This document shows, piece after piece, positions 25,500 through 40,800 of a stretch of DNA of 64,000 bases. The notes under the pieces are model-generated. The model was not told where the DNA came from and ran no database searches. It saw only the letters and a program-made list of their open reading frames with translations. This DNA comes from Paramecium tetraurelia (lineage: Eukaryota). The stretch lies in assembly GCA_000165425.1 (NCBI GenBank), contig CT868307.1, positions 310,001 through 374,000 of the forward strand, written 5' to 3'. The translations under genes were made by a program, and so were the position numbers. Positions within the stretch are counted from its first letter, which is position 1. The number at the start of each line of letters is the position of its first letter.

Positions 25500-28400
25500 T
25501 CATTTTGCATGTTTATTACACCATGGACAGGTGGGATATGCTTGTAAATATGTATTCCATGCATCTTTAAGTGCTCCTTTTCCACAAGATTAACAATTGA
25601 CTGTTTAATTCTTAAGAAGAGGCATACCGGTAATAATGCAGGGCTCCCATGTTTACTTGCATTTGAAGCATCTAAAAAATAATAGATATTTATGATTACC
25701 GTAATGAAGCATCATAGATTTAATATCCACAATCACATTATCTTGTTGGTAATACTGGTTCTTAATTTTAATTTACAGATAACTAGAGTAACCAGTCCCT
25801 TATTTCTTCTTTCTCTTTGTCATTTATCAAGTTCTTTTCTGGCATTGGTACATCATAAGGTGAGGGTAAATCACTATTTTAGAATTCAGCTCCATCTCCT
25901 AATCCATTATTGTTATCAGGATCTTCAATAACTTCATATATATCCAAATATCTATTCAATAGAACAAATGCTAATCCTAACTAATTGATCTTCTTCGCAA
26001 CTCTTCCAGCATCCAAATACAATTAATCGATTCTAACTAAGTCACAGTATCTCAACAATGAAATGCAAGTTTGAGCATGCAATTTGACAATTCCATCCTG
26101 AGCATATTAATTTCTCAGATTGAGTAAATGAGCAACAATGCCAAATTTTAAAAATTTCTTACCAGTTTCACTTTTAATTTCATGAGCAGCTTCCAATCCT
26201 TAGATAAATCCATACAAAGCTTATCTAAGTAACTTCAACTCTTTAGGATCACATTCAACAAAGATTTCAATTGCTAAATTCTCATAGATTGGATAATTTT
26301 ATTAAATTATTGGCATACCATAAGTAGCCAATGATTGGATAGTTTCACTGAATCTTCCTTATTACATAGTGATTTTAACATATCTCATCAGATATTTGTT
26401 TAAGTATTCAACTCCATGTTTATCTGCTAATTGTAAGCATTGTCCCCAATCATTCTTTTAAGCTAGCATTTCCATGGCTGCTGCAACATCTCCAGTTTCA
26501 ATCATTACATTAGCTTATCCTGTTGATGCTCCATATTTACGTTATTCTTTGGTGATATAATCCATCAACTTAGTATTTAATTCTTTATTATTAATCAGTT
26601 GTGCAACTTACTTTGCTTTTTCAAATTCTCTACCTTAAACATAAGTAGTAACTGCTTCTTAATATTATCCAACTTATTCATATAGATATGCTGCTGTCTC
26701 TAATTTCTTAATTTCAATTAATCTCTTGCAAACTATCTATACAATTCTTGGATATTTATCTTTATCATAATTGGCAGCTATTTGAATAGCTCTCTCCCAT
26801 GCTCTTGTCATCACATCTTCACTTTAAGTATTTTAAGGGGTGACTTCTAAATAGATCTCTATAGCCTTTAAGTAATCTCTTTGTTCTTCCCAAGTCTAAG
26901 CACTTTAATATAAATCCTCTCCTGTCATGTTATAAGTATTGGCTACATTGCCATATTTGTTATTTAATTCTGCAACCATATGTGGAGCATGACTCTTAGC
27001 AATTTTCAAAGCCAAAGGATAATTACCTTGATTCAACATACATTTTAATTGCTAATTCAGGTCTTTTACCTTAAATAAATGCTTGTTCTGCTTTTTGAAG
27101 GTCTTTCTTCTCGATGTAGAACTTGGCTTAACTAATTAAGATTTATGTAACTGATTATGGTTCATATTGTCTAGCTACTTATAAAGCACTGGTATAATCT
27201 CCAAGATGTTCGTACATGTTGATGGCTTCTGATGCCTTGCCTGCCTTAATGAAGTTTTCTTCAGCTTCTTTGTATCTTCTTTCATCTTCCAAATGACAAG
27301 CATATTTGAAATGAACATCTTATAATTTATGTTTAGCATGTAAATTAGCCAATTTGAATGCTTCTTCAAATTCGTGTCTGTCTGATTAATATTCAATCAA
27401 AGCATCAACTAGATTCAATCTTTAAAGCATCTTCAATCCAGCATCTGGACCTAGAGATTCTGCCCATAATTTAGCCTATTAACATGTCTCTTTCTCAGAT
27501 CCATACATTTTACAACATCTTATTGCTTCTTCCCATTGATTATGAGTCTTGTACATCTACATAGCTAAATGCCATGAGCCAGCTTCAATTGTAGTGTTGT
27601 TCAGCTCTTTTAAGTAATTGTTTTCTCTTTCTAATTTCTTTGCAATTCCCAAATGAATATCCTTTAATTTTTAAGGAGTGAATTTACTGGCAATTCTTAT
27701 CACACTTTCATACTGAGAGAGATTTTGATACATTAAAATAGCAGTATCATACTCTTAAACTGTTAAATATAGTTTTTCAGCCTCTTTGTATTTACCAGCT
27801 TATTCAAACTTTTTACCTTGGTTCAAATATAACTATACAATTTCTTCAGGTAAGTATTCTCTAGCTATTGAAAGAGCTTTATCCCATTTGCTAGCCTTTA
27901 CATACATCTCAAAGGCCTCAATAGGAGAATTAGCCTTAATATAGTATTTTTCAGCAAAATCATATTATCTAACATCCTCGTAATGTTTAGCCACTTGTCT
28001 GTAATAGGGTCTTGATACCTCAGCTGATTAATTTTATAATAATTAAATGGCTTTAGTCCAAGACCTACTGTAGACTGCTGCTTCAATAGCCTTCTAAAAT
28101 TTGCCTGCCTCAACATAATGATTAATGGCACTTTCTGTTTCTTTGTTTTCAACTAGATAATTAGCCCAACTTTCCTCTAATTATTTGACCAATTTAGGAT
28201 CTTTTCTTTTAGCCAATTCGACTGCCTTTTTGAATACGTTACCTTTAATGTAACAATTCAAGGCTTATTGATCGTCTTCCATCTATTCATAGAATTCACC
28301 ACCTTTCTCATACATACCACTTTAGGCTAAAGATGAGGCAATCTTTTCTAATAAGTCTTATGGAAAGGACATATTGCAATTAAATACAATATTGGCAGCT

Positions 28401-30783
28401 TTAGCTGGTAATCCACCTTACAAATAAAGATTAATAGCATTAATAAAATCGCCTTCATTTTCCTTTAATTCAGCAGCCTTGGATTCTTATCCAGTTTCAA
28501 TTAACCATTGATAATAATTCTCTTTGAGAACTTTAACTTATTCATGACCTCTCTTTTCAGCAATTTTAATAGCTTCATCCCATTTATGTAAGTCTTAATA
28601 CATTCCCATAGCCTCATTTACTTCATTGTGATTAAGTAACAATTCTTCAGCCTTAGTAAATTATTTATCTAAGATAGCCAATTTAGACTAGACTTTGTAA
28701 TATGATATTCCATCCTTCTTACCAGTCTCTTCATAATATTTAGAAATGAGTCTATTGATGCCTCTCAAATAGGATGCTCTAGCAACATCTCCCAAAGCAG
28801 CATAACAGTGTTCAGATACTGATAAATTTTACTCTTCCAAAGATAATTATGCTAACACTTTCCAATTGGCTTCAGTATCAGAAGTCAATTCTAATTTATC
28901 TAATATTGAAGCTGCCTTTTCAAGATCTCTTCCTTCAATTGCAAATCCAAATTCAATTAAGGCTTAATCCAATTTATAAGCAACTTTATTTTAGCCTTCA
29001 CTCACAATAACAGAAGTAGAACCAGCTTAAGTAGGTGTACTAGGAATTCTTTCAATTTCTTCAACATCACCTTTAATTGTATAAAGTGTAACTTTGTCAG
29101 GATTTTCAATTGAATACCAAACACACAAATTATTTCTATTTTAAGCAACAATAACTTCACTTTCAGGAACCCATTAAGCATAATTGCAAAATGATAGAAG
29201 AGTGTGTTTAAATGCATTTTTAATTGAATATAAATACAATTATCTTCTCTTATCTCTAAATATTAACCTGTTGGCATGAGAATTCAATTCTAAGAAATCA
29301 ATCTTAGTATCATGTGCAATTGTAGCAATAATACTCTTAGTGGTTAAATCTTATATCTATAATGTTTGTAGATCCAATAAAAAGGCAATCACTTTAGTCT
29401 TGTTCTACCCAGTATAACTAACCTTAGCACTGATAAGTGAATTCTTCATATGTTCAGTTCTGCAAGTACCCAAAATACGATCACTTCCATATTCAATCAA
29501 AGTCAACTCTCCTGCATTGAATACCATACAAATATTTTCATTTGTGAAATCAAACTTTTCATTTCCACTTCCTCTCCAACTGACTTCTGATGTCTTTCCT
29601 GTAGCCAAATCACCTACAATTAAAGTCTCATGTGTTTTAGCAACTACAAATCTCTCTTTTTTTATATCAATCTTTGATATTTCAGCCTATGATGATCTAA
29701 TGACTGCTTATTAATTAGTCGATAACACTTAAATGACAATTTAAGATGGACCAATATAATTCAAATCGTATTTTCCCTTAAATCTAATCTTTTTCATAGA
29801 AATATCCCATGCATCAACTGATCCACATAGCGATCCAGTAATCAATTTTGATGAGTCATTCTTCCAACACAATGCTGTGATTGTGTAATAATTCTCAATA
29901 TGTTTTACTCCTATTTCTTCCCATTGAGATCTCTTTTGATTGTATGTGTAAAGATAAAATCTATTAAAATTACCCAATACTATGATATCCCCATTAGGAC
30001 TGCAAGCACCGACTGAGAAATCTTTACATCTTTCATCCTAAGTGTAATCAAATCTCTGAACTAGATTTCCATAATTATCATAGAATGACACTTTTTGATC
30101 ATTACCAGCTGCTGCAACATGTTATCCATAAGCCAAAGCATAAGGTATTGAATGATGTACTACTAACTTTTATGATTGTTGAGTGTCTAAGTTGTAACTG
30201 TATACTGATCCATCAAGATGGCCTGATACAACCACATCTCCATCCCTATTTGTTGCCATACTTACTACATAGGATTCTGTTGTGAATGCTATTTGAGACT
30301 AATAACATTAGGAACTTGATTACTTTATTATTTTTCAAAAATCCAATCTTCACCTTTCCTTCTGCTAATCCAAATATGATATCATTTTCTCTTTATGCTG
30401 GCCATATCAATGTTGTAATTGAGGAAGAGGCTGGGAATTTATTGCAGATTGTCTTTTTCTCTTTAAATTTTGCACCAATCTTATATACATACACTATATT
30501 ATCGGATTGAGCAACAGCTATCTTAGTTGAATCTGGAGAAAATTCAATTGCTCTCACCACATAAGATTTCTATTGAGTCTTATCTGATGGCTTCGTTGGG
30601 AAATTGTCCTCCTTACCCAATTAATCATTAAATAATAATATTTTCTATTTTATTATCTTCAACTCTTACTCTATCAGCTGTGCAAACTCCCAGTTTTTAG
30701 CCATTGTAAGACCATGCTAATCCACTCACTTTTTGCATGCCATCTAATGCTGGCATAATATTACAGGAATACTTAAGTTGCAT
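25500..30783 (-). CDS. IFT172: Intraflagellar transport protein 172 (WD40 + TPR-like)
   Basis: N-terminus [25 protein letters not shown]...[79 protein letters not shown]-terminal CIITGMP...CPWC. These match IFT172 along the whole length. Confidence 0.96.
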
Positions 30784-31162
30784 TAATTTATTTAAATATT
30801 AATGTCCCTTATATTAAATCAATCATCGATTTAAAAATATTCGATCTATCTTTTATTGCACTATTTCAAATTTATATATATAAATGATATATTATCCATA
30901 TGCATACAGTATTACTCTTTGAAAATTGACGTTGCTTGATTTTATCACAAATAAGTGAGATCGCTATATTCAAATTTTTAATTGTTTTTGCCTATTCTAT
31001 TTGTTTTCAAATTTAGAGAGGAATATTTCTTTTTATATGCTTGTAATTGATGTAATCAAATGGATATCAGAAGAAATTAATAACCAAATCAATCTGCTTA
31101 ATATAAAGTAATTATAAATCAGAGTCTTTTTGTAGGGGAGAGCGATATTCGTTAAGAAAAGT

Positions 31163-31626
31163 TCATTTACTATGGTGATATATAGGAAATGCTTGCTTCT
31201 CTTTTCGAACTCTATCTTAGGATTTGTGGGGGCCTTCCAGTTGAATTAACTCTAATTTGTGATGTTTAGAAGTTACCTTTTGAATGGACTCTTGTCGATT
31301 CCTAAGGACTTATCTGGAACATTAAAAAGAGGTTTTAGTTTTTTGAATTGATGACATTGATTTTATGGTACTAATTTAGTTTTATCAATAAAATTCAATT
31401 GTGAAAATGCTAATTATCATGTTATGATACACTTTTCTTCATTTTAATGATACGTCTATTGTGGAGATTGCTCATCTTCCTGAGTTTTAAAATGTGCTGT
31501 ACTATTGGATTCCGAGTTGTCTGCATGGTAGTTGTTTAAGTTTTGAGATAAAGATAACAATTTATCCTTAATTTTGAATATCTGTTCTCTTAATGATTAT
31601 TGCTCATTTGCATACAAATTAGACAT
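31163..31626 (-). CDS. Hypothetical protein (~146 aa)
   Basis: MSNLYANEQQSLREQIFKIKDKLLSLSQNLNN...FNWKAPTNPKIEFEKRSKHFLYHHSK*. Requires one 21-nt GT-AG intron (31410-31430) that holds the only in-frame TGA. Confidence 0.6.
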
Positions 31627-32060
31627 TAACGAATAATTTTATTTTTAATATCAAATATATAAGAAATAGGATAAACTCGAAAATAGATAAGCCCGAGTTT
31701 TCAATACTTGAAAAATTTCAACAAGTCCTCTTTGCAGGATGGATACAATTTTTAATACGCTAATGAAAGTGGAATGAAATTAAAATATTATTTTAATATT
31801 GATGGAATTGCAATTCAAAAATTTACAATTTATTGGGTTTTAATTTGAAGGAGGTATTTTATGTTTGAATATAATGAGAATTAAATTATGATTACAATTA
31901 AAAATAATATAGAATGGCCTCATTTTTGTCAAATTTGCAAAAGTCTCTTTGCTTTCTCAAAATTGTAGATCTGACATTTTGCTTGAAATTACAAAGATTA
32001 TTGTGTAATTTATGAGGACCAACAAATGGATTAATATGAATATTTTTATAAATATATATT

Positions 32061-35000
32061 ATGTAAGGAAATGATAGGTAATCAGATGACTTGTAGAAAG
32101 ACGCAGAAATTAAAATGATTCAAGAAAGAGAACAGAATGAAGAGCTTCAACAATTAGAAGAGAAGAAGTCTCTCTTTTCCAACACAACCCAAAGATGGAT
32201 ATTATGGATATTAGATTTAGTAGGATTAATTATTTTTCTTGGGTATTGCTATCTCATTCAAAGTTATCTCTCAACAATCTATTTCTTGATATTCATGCTT
32301 ATTATTCAGACCTGGGAAACCAAGTTGTACAAAATAGGTATGTTTGAGAGGAGGGATTCTGATAAAAAGGTAATTACTCTGCATATTGAAGGTTTACAAA
32401 GACCCATTTGATTTTCTAGAGAATTACCCTAAAATACGGGAATAGTAAAGGCAGAGGAAAACAATTGCAGGCGATAATCAAAACTTAGAAGATGATGTCA
32501 CAGAAATATCTGGTATGGATGAAACCGAAATCAAATACAAGCCCTTATATTGGATTATATTCAAAGACTAAAACCATGCTATATGGATGTTTCTTTTGAT
32601 ATTTTCAGCATTGACTTTAGTAATGAAAGGGACTTTTATAGGAATAATTAAAAATGATCCTCAATAAGCAGCAAATATCATGACACAATATAATTACGAA
32701 GGTCTTGAGATCTATTTCGAAATGCTTAAAAATAACAAATTTAGTATTTCCACTAAAGATTATGTTAAAATATTTTTACCAAACTCTCTTATATTTATAT
32801 TTTGTTGTTTTGTGATGGCTTTGAGGAGAGTCAAGAAGAAGAAATATTTAGAATAATTTGGAGAACCCATCAATAGATAAATATTTTCATTCTATTTTAT
32901 AATTATTTGGCTCTTTTTAGCAATAATTCTAATTAGTAATTAATCAATCATAGGATACATTTACTTCATTCTGGAAATTATAGTTGGTTTTAGATTCTTT
33001 TAAAAAGAAGCTACGATAACGCAATTTGATAAAATGGTTTTGAAAGTTTTAAAATTTACACTAATAACCACTTTATTAATTGTTTATTTTGCTGGCACTC
33101 CAATAATTACCTAATTTGTGGGTCCAGATTCATTTTGGCCTTAATATTTTGGTTTAGATATTATGTATTGGATGAGAACCGATTATTAATGGAATGTAAG
33201 ATATTATTCTGAAATAGAGTTACGTATTCATGGTTGGAGGCTTGATATTATTTGCATTCTTATGCATAGTAACTGAGCAATTCACAAATGAGGATAGGAA
33301 AATTATATTTAAAGATGCAATACAGGAGTGTACTACCCATTATGAGATTTATCAATTTAAAAAATAAAAGTATAACACCACGATAATGGAGGAAAAAGAA
33401 GCTCCTAATTTTTAAGGATAATAGTAGGAAGAAGAGGAACAAGAAATTCAACTAAAATAATAACTAGCTGATGAGAATGAATTAAAATAAATGATGCCTG
33501 GGTAACCTGTTAGAATGTCTCATGTAGATGAAGGTGATGAAGAAGATAAAAATAAACTTCTATATAAATTAAATACAGCACTATTTTCGTTAGGAAATAA
33601 ATTCACTAAATTTATTGACCAACCTATTGTCACTCTTAGACTACTTCAATTGTTAATGATCACTATTGTTATTATGCAAAAGACTTACGAGTCATTGTTG
33701 TCAGTTATTTGGATCATGATTACAGGTATATTCTCATTGTTACAATCATAGGTTTCACATTACGATATAATATTAATTCCATTACCTCTTTGATTTTGGC
33801 CTTTCCCTCCGTATTGATCAATTTTATTGTATTCTATTACTAATGCATACCTAATATGAATCGATCTAAAAATCCTTTTTAGATATGTAATTCTGATGAT
33901 ACTGTATGTAAGAAAATTGGTTTTTTTCAGCTTGATCAAGAATACTAACAAGTTATTAATGTAATTATTTAAAATAGTGCTCTAGCTCCTTATAATGAAT
34001 ATTACTATTTATACAATATTTTTATTTCTTAGATAAGTTCATAAATATGATTAATACAAATCAGTATAGATGTCAGTTAAAAAATCCTAGTTGCAAATTT
34101 AAGATAAAAAAAAATAACTGAAAGTAATTTAAAGATTATTCATTTTAGGAGGTAAGCTGGTTAACCTTAACCTTCGCCATTTTATTAAAGGCCTCCTATG
34201 TTGTTGCTTTAATCATTGTCTACTGGATAGGATTCTTCGACGTCAACCTTATCCAAGGTGTTTTAGTGGTGTTTCTTATGATCTTTATTATTAACGATTC
34301 CACACTCTGTATTTACAAGTAGAAAAATGACAAGAATGAAATTAGAGAATACGTTGTTCCCTTCTCATTTAAATATTGGATTGTATTTTTAATCTACATT
34401 TGCATCATCACAACTTTGAGATATGTATACATTTTATTCTTTATGGGATAAACAAAAATTAACGAAGAAAAACAATGGATCATAAGTTTGATTGGAATAA
34501 ATAATCAAGATAATTATGACATTCTATTTTGGGTCTTATTTTATTTTGCAGCTCTTCAATACGATTCATATAGATCAAAGATATACCTTAAATATTCAAA
34601 TTAAATAGTTGATATCTTCTTAGCAAAGATCAGTAATAAGGATAAATAAACTAAAATAAGAACTACAATAGAAACTCTCTATTTGTTGTTTATGAAAACC
34701 ATCATTTGGATTACATTCACACTAAACATTTGCTTTATCATTTTTACACCATTTTCTTTTGTCAATCTGGGATTATTTGTATTTATAGGCGGACTCTTTT
34801 TCTATTATACATTTCAATTCATAAGAGACAAAGTTAACTACAATTCAATGTCCAGATTTTGGTACTTATATTTGTATGCACTTGTAATGGCATTTATAAT
34901 TAGATATATATTTTAATTCATTTGTTTGCCTGATTACAATTAAATTACAGCTTCTAGTCTAGAAGGCCTATATAACAATTTATAACTAAAATATCAATAA

Positions 35001-37753
35001 TATGGATTCTACTAATATAATTAGAGTAAGCTAAGAATTGAGTACTTGCCTGATATGATTGCCATATTTTTTGGAGCTATTTCTTTGAACACATATCAAT
35101 TTTTTAAGTAAGCATAAAAGAATAAGTTAAAATTGGCATCTATGACAAATCAAGTTCCAAATACAATAGAAAAGCCACTCTTATCTGCAGATTCATTATT
35201 GGAGCAGTCTGGTTCCAGTGATGTTGCGATTACTGATAAAATTGAGAAACAATAATAGAAAGATTTAGAGGACTTAGTAAAGATTATGAAAATCAATATC
35301 TTAGATGAATATAAATTCCTTCAAAAACCTATAATGTTCATAGCATAAATTAATACAGATTTACTGACTTTATATGTTGTATTTTCTGTGGTCTTTTTTG
35401 TATAATCAGTTGCATCCTTCATTATTTTGGTATTGTATTTGAGTTATTTTGTAACTGTTCATAATGCATTACTAGATAATGTGGAAGAAAAAAATTTGTT
35501 GGCAAGACTAAAATAAAGTATTTTTTCATATTAATTTTTTTAGAAATTGTAAGTTTGAAAAAAAAATATGTTGATTACAGTTCTAAATCCAACGATCAAA
35601 ATGACAATGAAGATGAAATAAATTTAGTGTAGGCTACTAATCTTATCACAATGACGAGAATGAAAATTCGTATTGAAAAAAAGGTTTCAATTTGGAAAAT
35701 CTCCTTTAGTTTTAGTTGTTTTTGTGTATTTTTGACCTATCTATCGTAATATTTATCTTTAGCCATTTAAACTGATAATGTAGACGCATAAAAAGGAATT
35801 TTAGATGCTTAATTAGGGTTATATATATTTGGTACCTTTGCTTAAGAACTTTCTGGCGCTTAAACATGTTTTTGTGGATAGTTTGATCCCAGTAGCAGTT
35901 GTTATGGATCTCTTAAGACTGGTTCATCCACTATTTTTGATGAGGTATTATTCTATTTAATTCTTGTATTTGCAAATGTTGTTGATGCTGGATGCACAAT
36001 GTTTCTTAAAGAACAACTAGAAAAAGAATAGGAAAATATCTAATCTTTTGAACATCAATTTTAAGAACAAAAATAAAAATCTGAATCAAAATAAGTCATT
36101 TCAAGATCAATGATTCATACTTTGAAAGGTATTCATAATCAGGCTGAAGGTGACAGTCCAATCAATTTCATATAAGAATAGTAAGAAATAGATGATTAAA
36201 ATGAATTAGAAGAATTTAAAAAAGAATATCCTTTTCTATCTATTAATGTTATTAATAAATACGATTAACCATAAGAATTAAGTTAGGATGACTTAAAGAA
36301 GATTTAAATAGCAGCCAAAGATATTAATTATTATAATAACAGATCTAGAATATTTAAATTGAACCTAACAACTGCAGGGTTTGTGACTTTGCAAAGAGTT
36401 TTCATACTAATCTTATTATTCAATACTTTATTAGCTAATAATATATTTTCTTTAGTATATTTGGGAGTAGCTACCTATTTATTTTTGTAAAGAACTGGGG
36501 CTTCAAATATTAAGATTTTAAATACATTCTCAGTAGCTGCTATTTGGATCCAATACATTATGATATACTTTTTAAATTATGAAATAGAGGATAATGATAA
36601 ATTGTTACCTGTCATGGCTTAGGGTTATAATAAAGATGTATTTAGTTTAATTAAGATGGCTAAAGTTTTCTAAAATTATCCATATTTCATTCCCTATCTT
36701 GGTTTTGATAATGGACCAATTATGGATTGCTCCAAGTTTGACAATGGTTCAACCTCTACAAACTCAACCGAAACTACATTTTTAGAAAGTCATTATTGTC
36801 TTACCAATAATAGTATTGAATGGATCTTTATCTTAAATACTCTTGTACTTTCGCTTATATATTTGTATTTCCTACTACTACAACACTTATCTAAATTGAT
36901 TTTAACTACAACTATTAAAATGGAGTTAGATCTGTAATTTACATAATCAATTTTATAAAAGCTTTACTCAAAGAGCAAATTTTCTGTCTCTTTAAATTAT
37001 TAAACTTGGAAAAATCGTGTATATTCAACCATGTCAGGCATTATATAATAAGTTATTAAAATTAACCATATTGTTTTTATTTCTATTATCATATTATTGG
37101 CTTAGTCAAACAGAATACTTTTAAACTTTTTTGAGTTTATCCTGGCAGTATTGTTTTTAGTTATTTTTGAATTTGTGCTAACATCTAACAGAGAATCAAA
37201 TTTAAGAAGGGAAAGCATTTATTTTAAAGTTCTATTCTACTTAGCTGTATTTACAATATCAATGTACACAATTTTGAGGTTGCCATGGATTTTGAATTGG
37301 TGTGCTTCTTAAGCAGAGGAAAACTTTAATCAGGATTCTGATTTTTAGAACGAATTTATTTGCTTAGAAATTTTTGAAATGCGACTCGGAGGAATGATCT
37401 TTATATTATTCTTCATTTCACTTCACTTTGATCTAATAAATTCTGAATAGTTTATTGAATCTTTAAATAAATTTATGATTTTTGAACAATAATAAGCAAA
37501 AATGATTTCAAGGGCACTTGCCTATCATAAGAATTTTAAGAAATACACTGCCATTATTTAAGTCTCAGTATAAAAAGCACTATTTAAAAAAACCTAAGAA
37601 AAGGCTTAAGATAAATTAAAAATGTGGCATGCAAAATTGCTAGATAAAACTAAAGATAAAGTCATAATGGCAGATGAAATACAATTAGAATATTAACAAT
37701 AATCAAATTAATAGTAATAATAATAATAATTAGAAAAACACTCAGAATAATAA

Positions 37754-37839
<86 letters not shown>

Positions 37840-40800
37840 GTAATAATAATAATAATAATAATAGTAATAATAATAATAATAGTAGTAATAATAACAACAA
37901 CAACAATAATAATAATAATAACAAAAATATTAATTTGCTAGTGAATTAGAAATACCGATAAGAAAGGAAATGGTTAGTTAATTTTAGGTTGAGTAGGAAG
38001 AAAGAAAAAGTGCAGAGATGCCAGAAGAAAAACTTTTAAAAGATACTAAATTTTAGGGTTTAACCAAATCATAAAAATCATGCATAGAAATAATTGCTTT
38101 CATTCAATCTTTCAATAATAAATTTAAATTTATGAGCTTACCAAATGTTATGGATTATTTACTATCCTAAAACATTATATTAAAAAGAAGAGTTTAATTC
38201 TCCTTGACTGATTTTCTACAAGAAAATTACCGATAATTTGAAGAGGAATTATTGTATATTGATTAATTTTATTCTCATTTACACAAAAAATTAAGAGCTG
38301 CTCCAAATTAAATATTGGATGTCACAACAATAACAGATGAGCTAATCTAGAAATTAGAAAAATCCTCATATAACAATTCTAAACTTGGTAGAAAAATGTA
38401 AAAAATTATCTCATCAATGAAATTGACCTCAAAATTATCAAAATAAGCAATGCTTCAGTCTAATTATTCTATATCTCCATAAAAACAATAATAAGGTTTT
38501 GATGAAGATATTAGTTATGAAAACTACATTAAATCAACTGATTTGTATTTTGTAAAGATAGTAGATGACAAATAATTAATTTTTGTCGAAAATACCAAAT
38601 ATTCATCAGCTCTTACAAAACTATCTTTAAGCATTCTTATTTTTAGAATCATTACTGAAATATTTAGCTTAATAATTACATATTGGATGCCATTCTGCTT
38701 TTTGCTTATAATTTTTTACTATTTAGTAGACAGTGGACTACTAGGTGGTGTGTTACCATTTATGTTATTTTTATGGATCTTGATTGATGAAAAAGTGTAA
38801 TCAAAATTATTCTGGATAATTGCATTCACAATATATTTCTTCATATCTATGTTGGTATTTGCTTATTCATTAAGTGGAGTAGTAGAAAAGCAATATCAAA
38901 AAAGCAATTACGGAAATAAAATGGCTTGGTACTATCCTCTTTATAATGGAAATCAAAGTATTTCATATGAAGTAATGCTAATGATTTTCATTATCTTTTA
39001 AGTTTATTTTGCAAAGCAATTTGGAGTATATTATAAGAGCTTATTAGATATTGAAAATATATTTTAAGGATATTTGAGGATGAAAATCAATAAATTTACA
39101 AAATTTATTAAGAAATCTATTATTGAGAAATAAAATCTGTCTAAATCGGACGATTAAGATAAATTAGTATTTGAAGAAGATTTATATGATCTACAAAATT
39201 AGCAAGAGGAGAATAACTAATTTTAATTGAAAGAAAGCATTGAAATAGAAAAAAGAATAATTGATGATCCAAAGATTTTGATATAAGATTCTTCGAATTT
39301 ATTTGAAAGAATATTTTCTTACAGATTTTCAAGACCTGGTGTTGACTTGTATCCAATTACAGCAAGTATCTAGATTTTAATATTAATTTACACTCTCATA
39401 TTTTTTACCAATATGGTTAATGAATCAATAAAAATCAACAACATTTTGAAAACTAATTAAATACCAACATCTTTAATATGGGCATTGTTAGTTGAATTCA
39501 TATTGATGTTTATAGAAAGATACATAACAATGAAAAGCAATGCAGATGTTATAGATAGTGACAATAAAAAACCATCCTTTTTTTAGAAATATAAACTCTA
39601 ATTTTTTTTGAAATTCCTCTTATAATTATGCACAGTAATTTTAATCTATTGGTTGATTTTCTTAAGATTAGGGAATCCCTGGGGAGAAAATCCAATTTAT
39701 GAACATGATTCTACTTCAGCAGCATCATATTCTAAATATAAATCAAATGGTTACATTGAATGTTTTTTCATCTTATACTCAGCATATTTTACTGTATCTG
39801 CACTTTAGTTGAGATATGGTTATAAAAAACTAAAACTTAGAAACACTTTATTGTAATCATATAATATGATATCCTACGCAATAGCTTAAACTTACTATTC
39901 AATTCCATTTTTATTTGAACTCAAAGTACTAATGGATTGGACATTCCTTAAAGTAAAAATGAATTAATTTATTATAGACCTCCTTAGATGTGTTTTAATG
40001 GTTCACTTTGGAAGACATTCATGGAATCATGTATTTTACAAAAAATAAATCTAAAGATTATTTAGAAAAACCATTAGGAAAAAGGATTTCTAAGTTTTAG
40101 AAATGCACTTGTGGTTGTTGTTTAGTTTTAGTTATTTTTGCTTGCATTTTTGGTCCTTTGATTCTGTTCTCAAGTTTAAATCCAGCTTCAGAACTGAATC
40201 CTGTTCGAGGAGGGGAATTCTCACTTTCATTGATTAACACTAAAACAGCCCTAAATGTTGTTTTATATTAAACTAATTAATTTTATGGATTAGAAAACAC
40301 CTTACAAAATCAATAAGAGATTGACACAACCTTAAATTAACATTGTACTAATTCAATAATTAATAATGCACCAAAATCAGGAGAATTATAATAATTTTAG
40401 CTATTAAATTTTTCAAATACTAATTGGGATATATCCTATCCATTATACTAATAATTACTAGAATAACTTAATGAAACAATAAATGGATCAGTAGCTCATG
40501 AATTTTTCTTTAATGTATCATTCATCTTTACGAGGGATTAATAAAAAATCATCCCAACCAAAAATTACTTTTAATATCCTGGAAGTGGAAATGAATATTT
40601 AAAAGATCTTCCGGGGTAGAATGAAACCTCTTTACCAAAATCAATTTTATCAGATATTTCTTCATTATTGCAATGTAAGAATAGTCCAGAATCAAAAAAT
40701 CCACTTTAAATTCCTTTAGAGAACCTCTATATTGAGACTGTGCAATTATACTCCGCTGATGGAACTTCGTTCAAATCTAAACCTATTTATCTCGATGGAG

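Noticed and set aside
31060..31403. Plus-strand model MDIRRNQQ...GRAIFVKK...
   Set aside because: It lies antisense to a better minus-strand model (31163-31626) with typical composition and a canonical stop-containing intron.
37742..37924. Poly-Leu ORF on the minus strand in the supplied track
   Set aside because: It is the antisense reading of the (TAA)n poly-Gln tract within Piezo.
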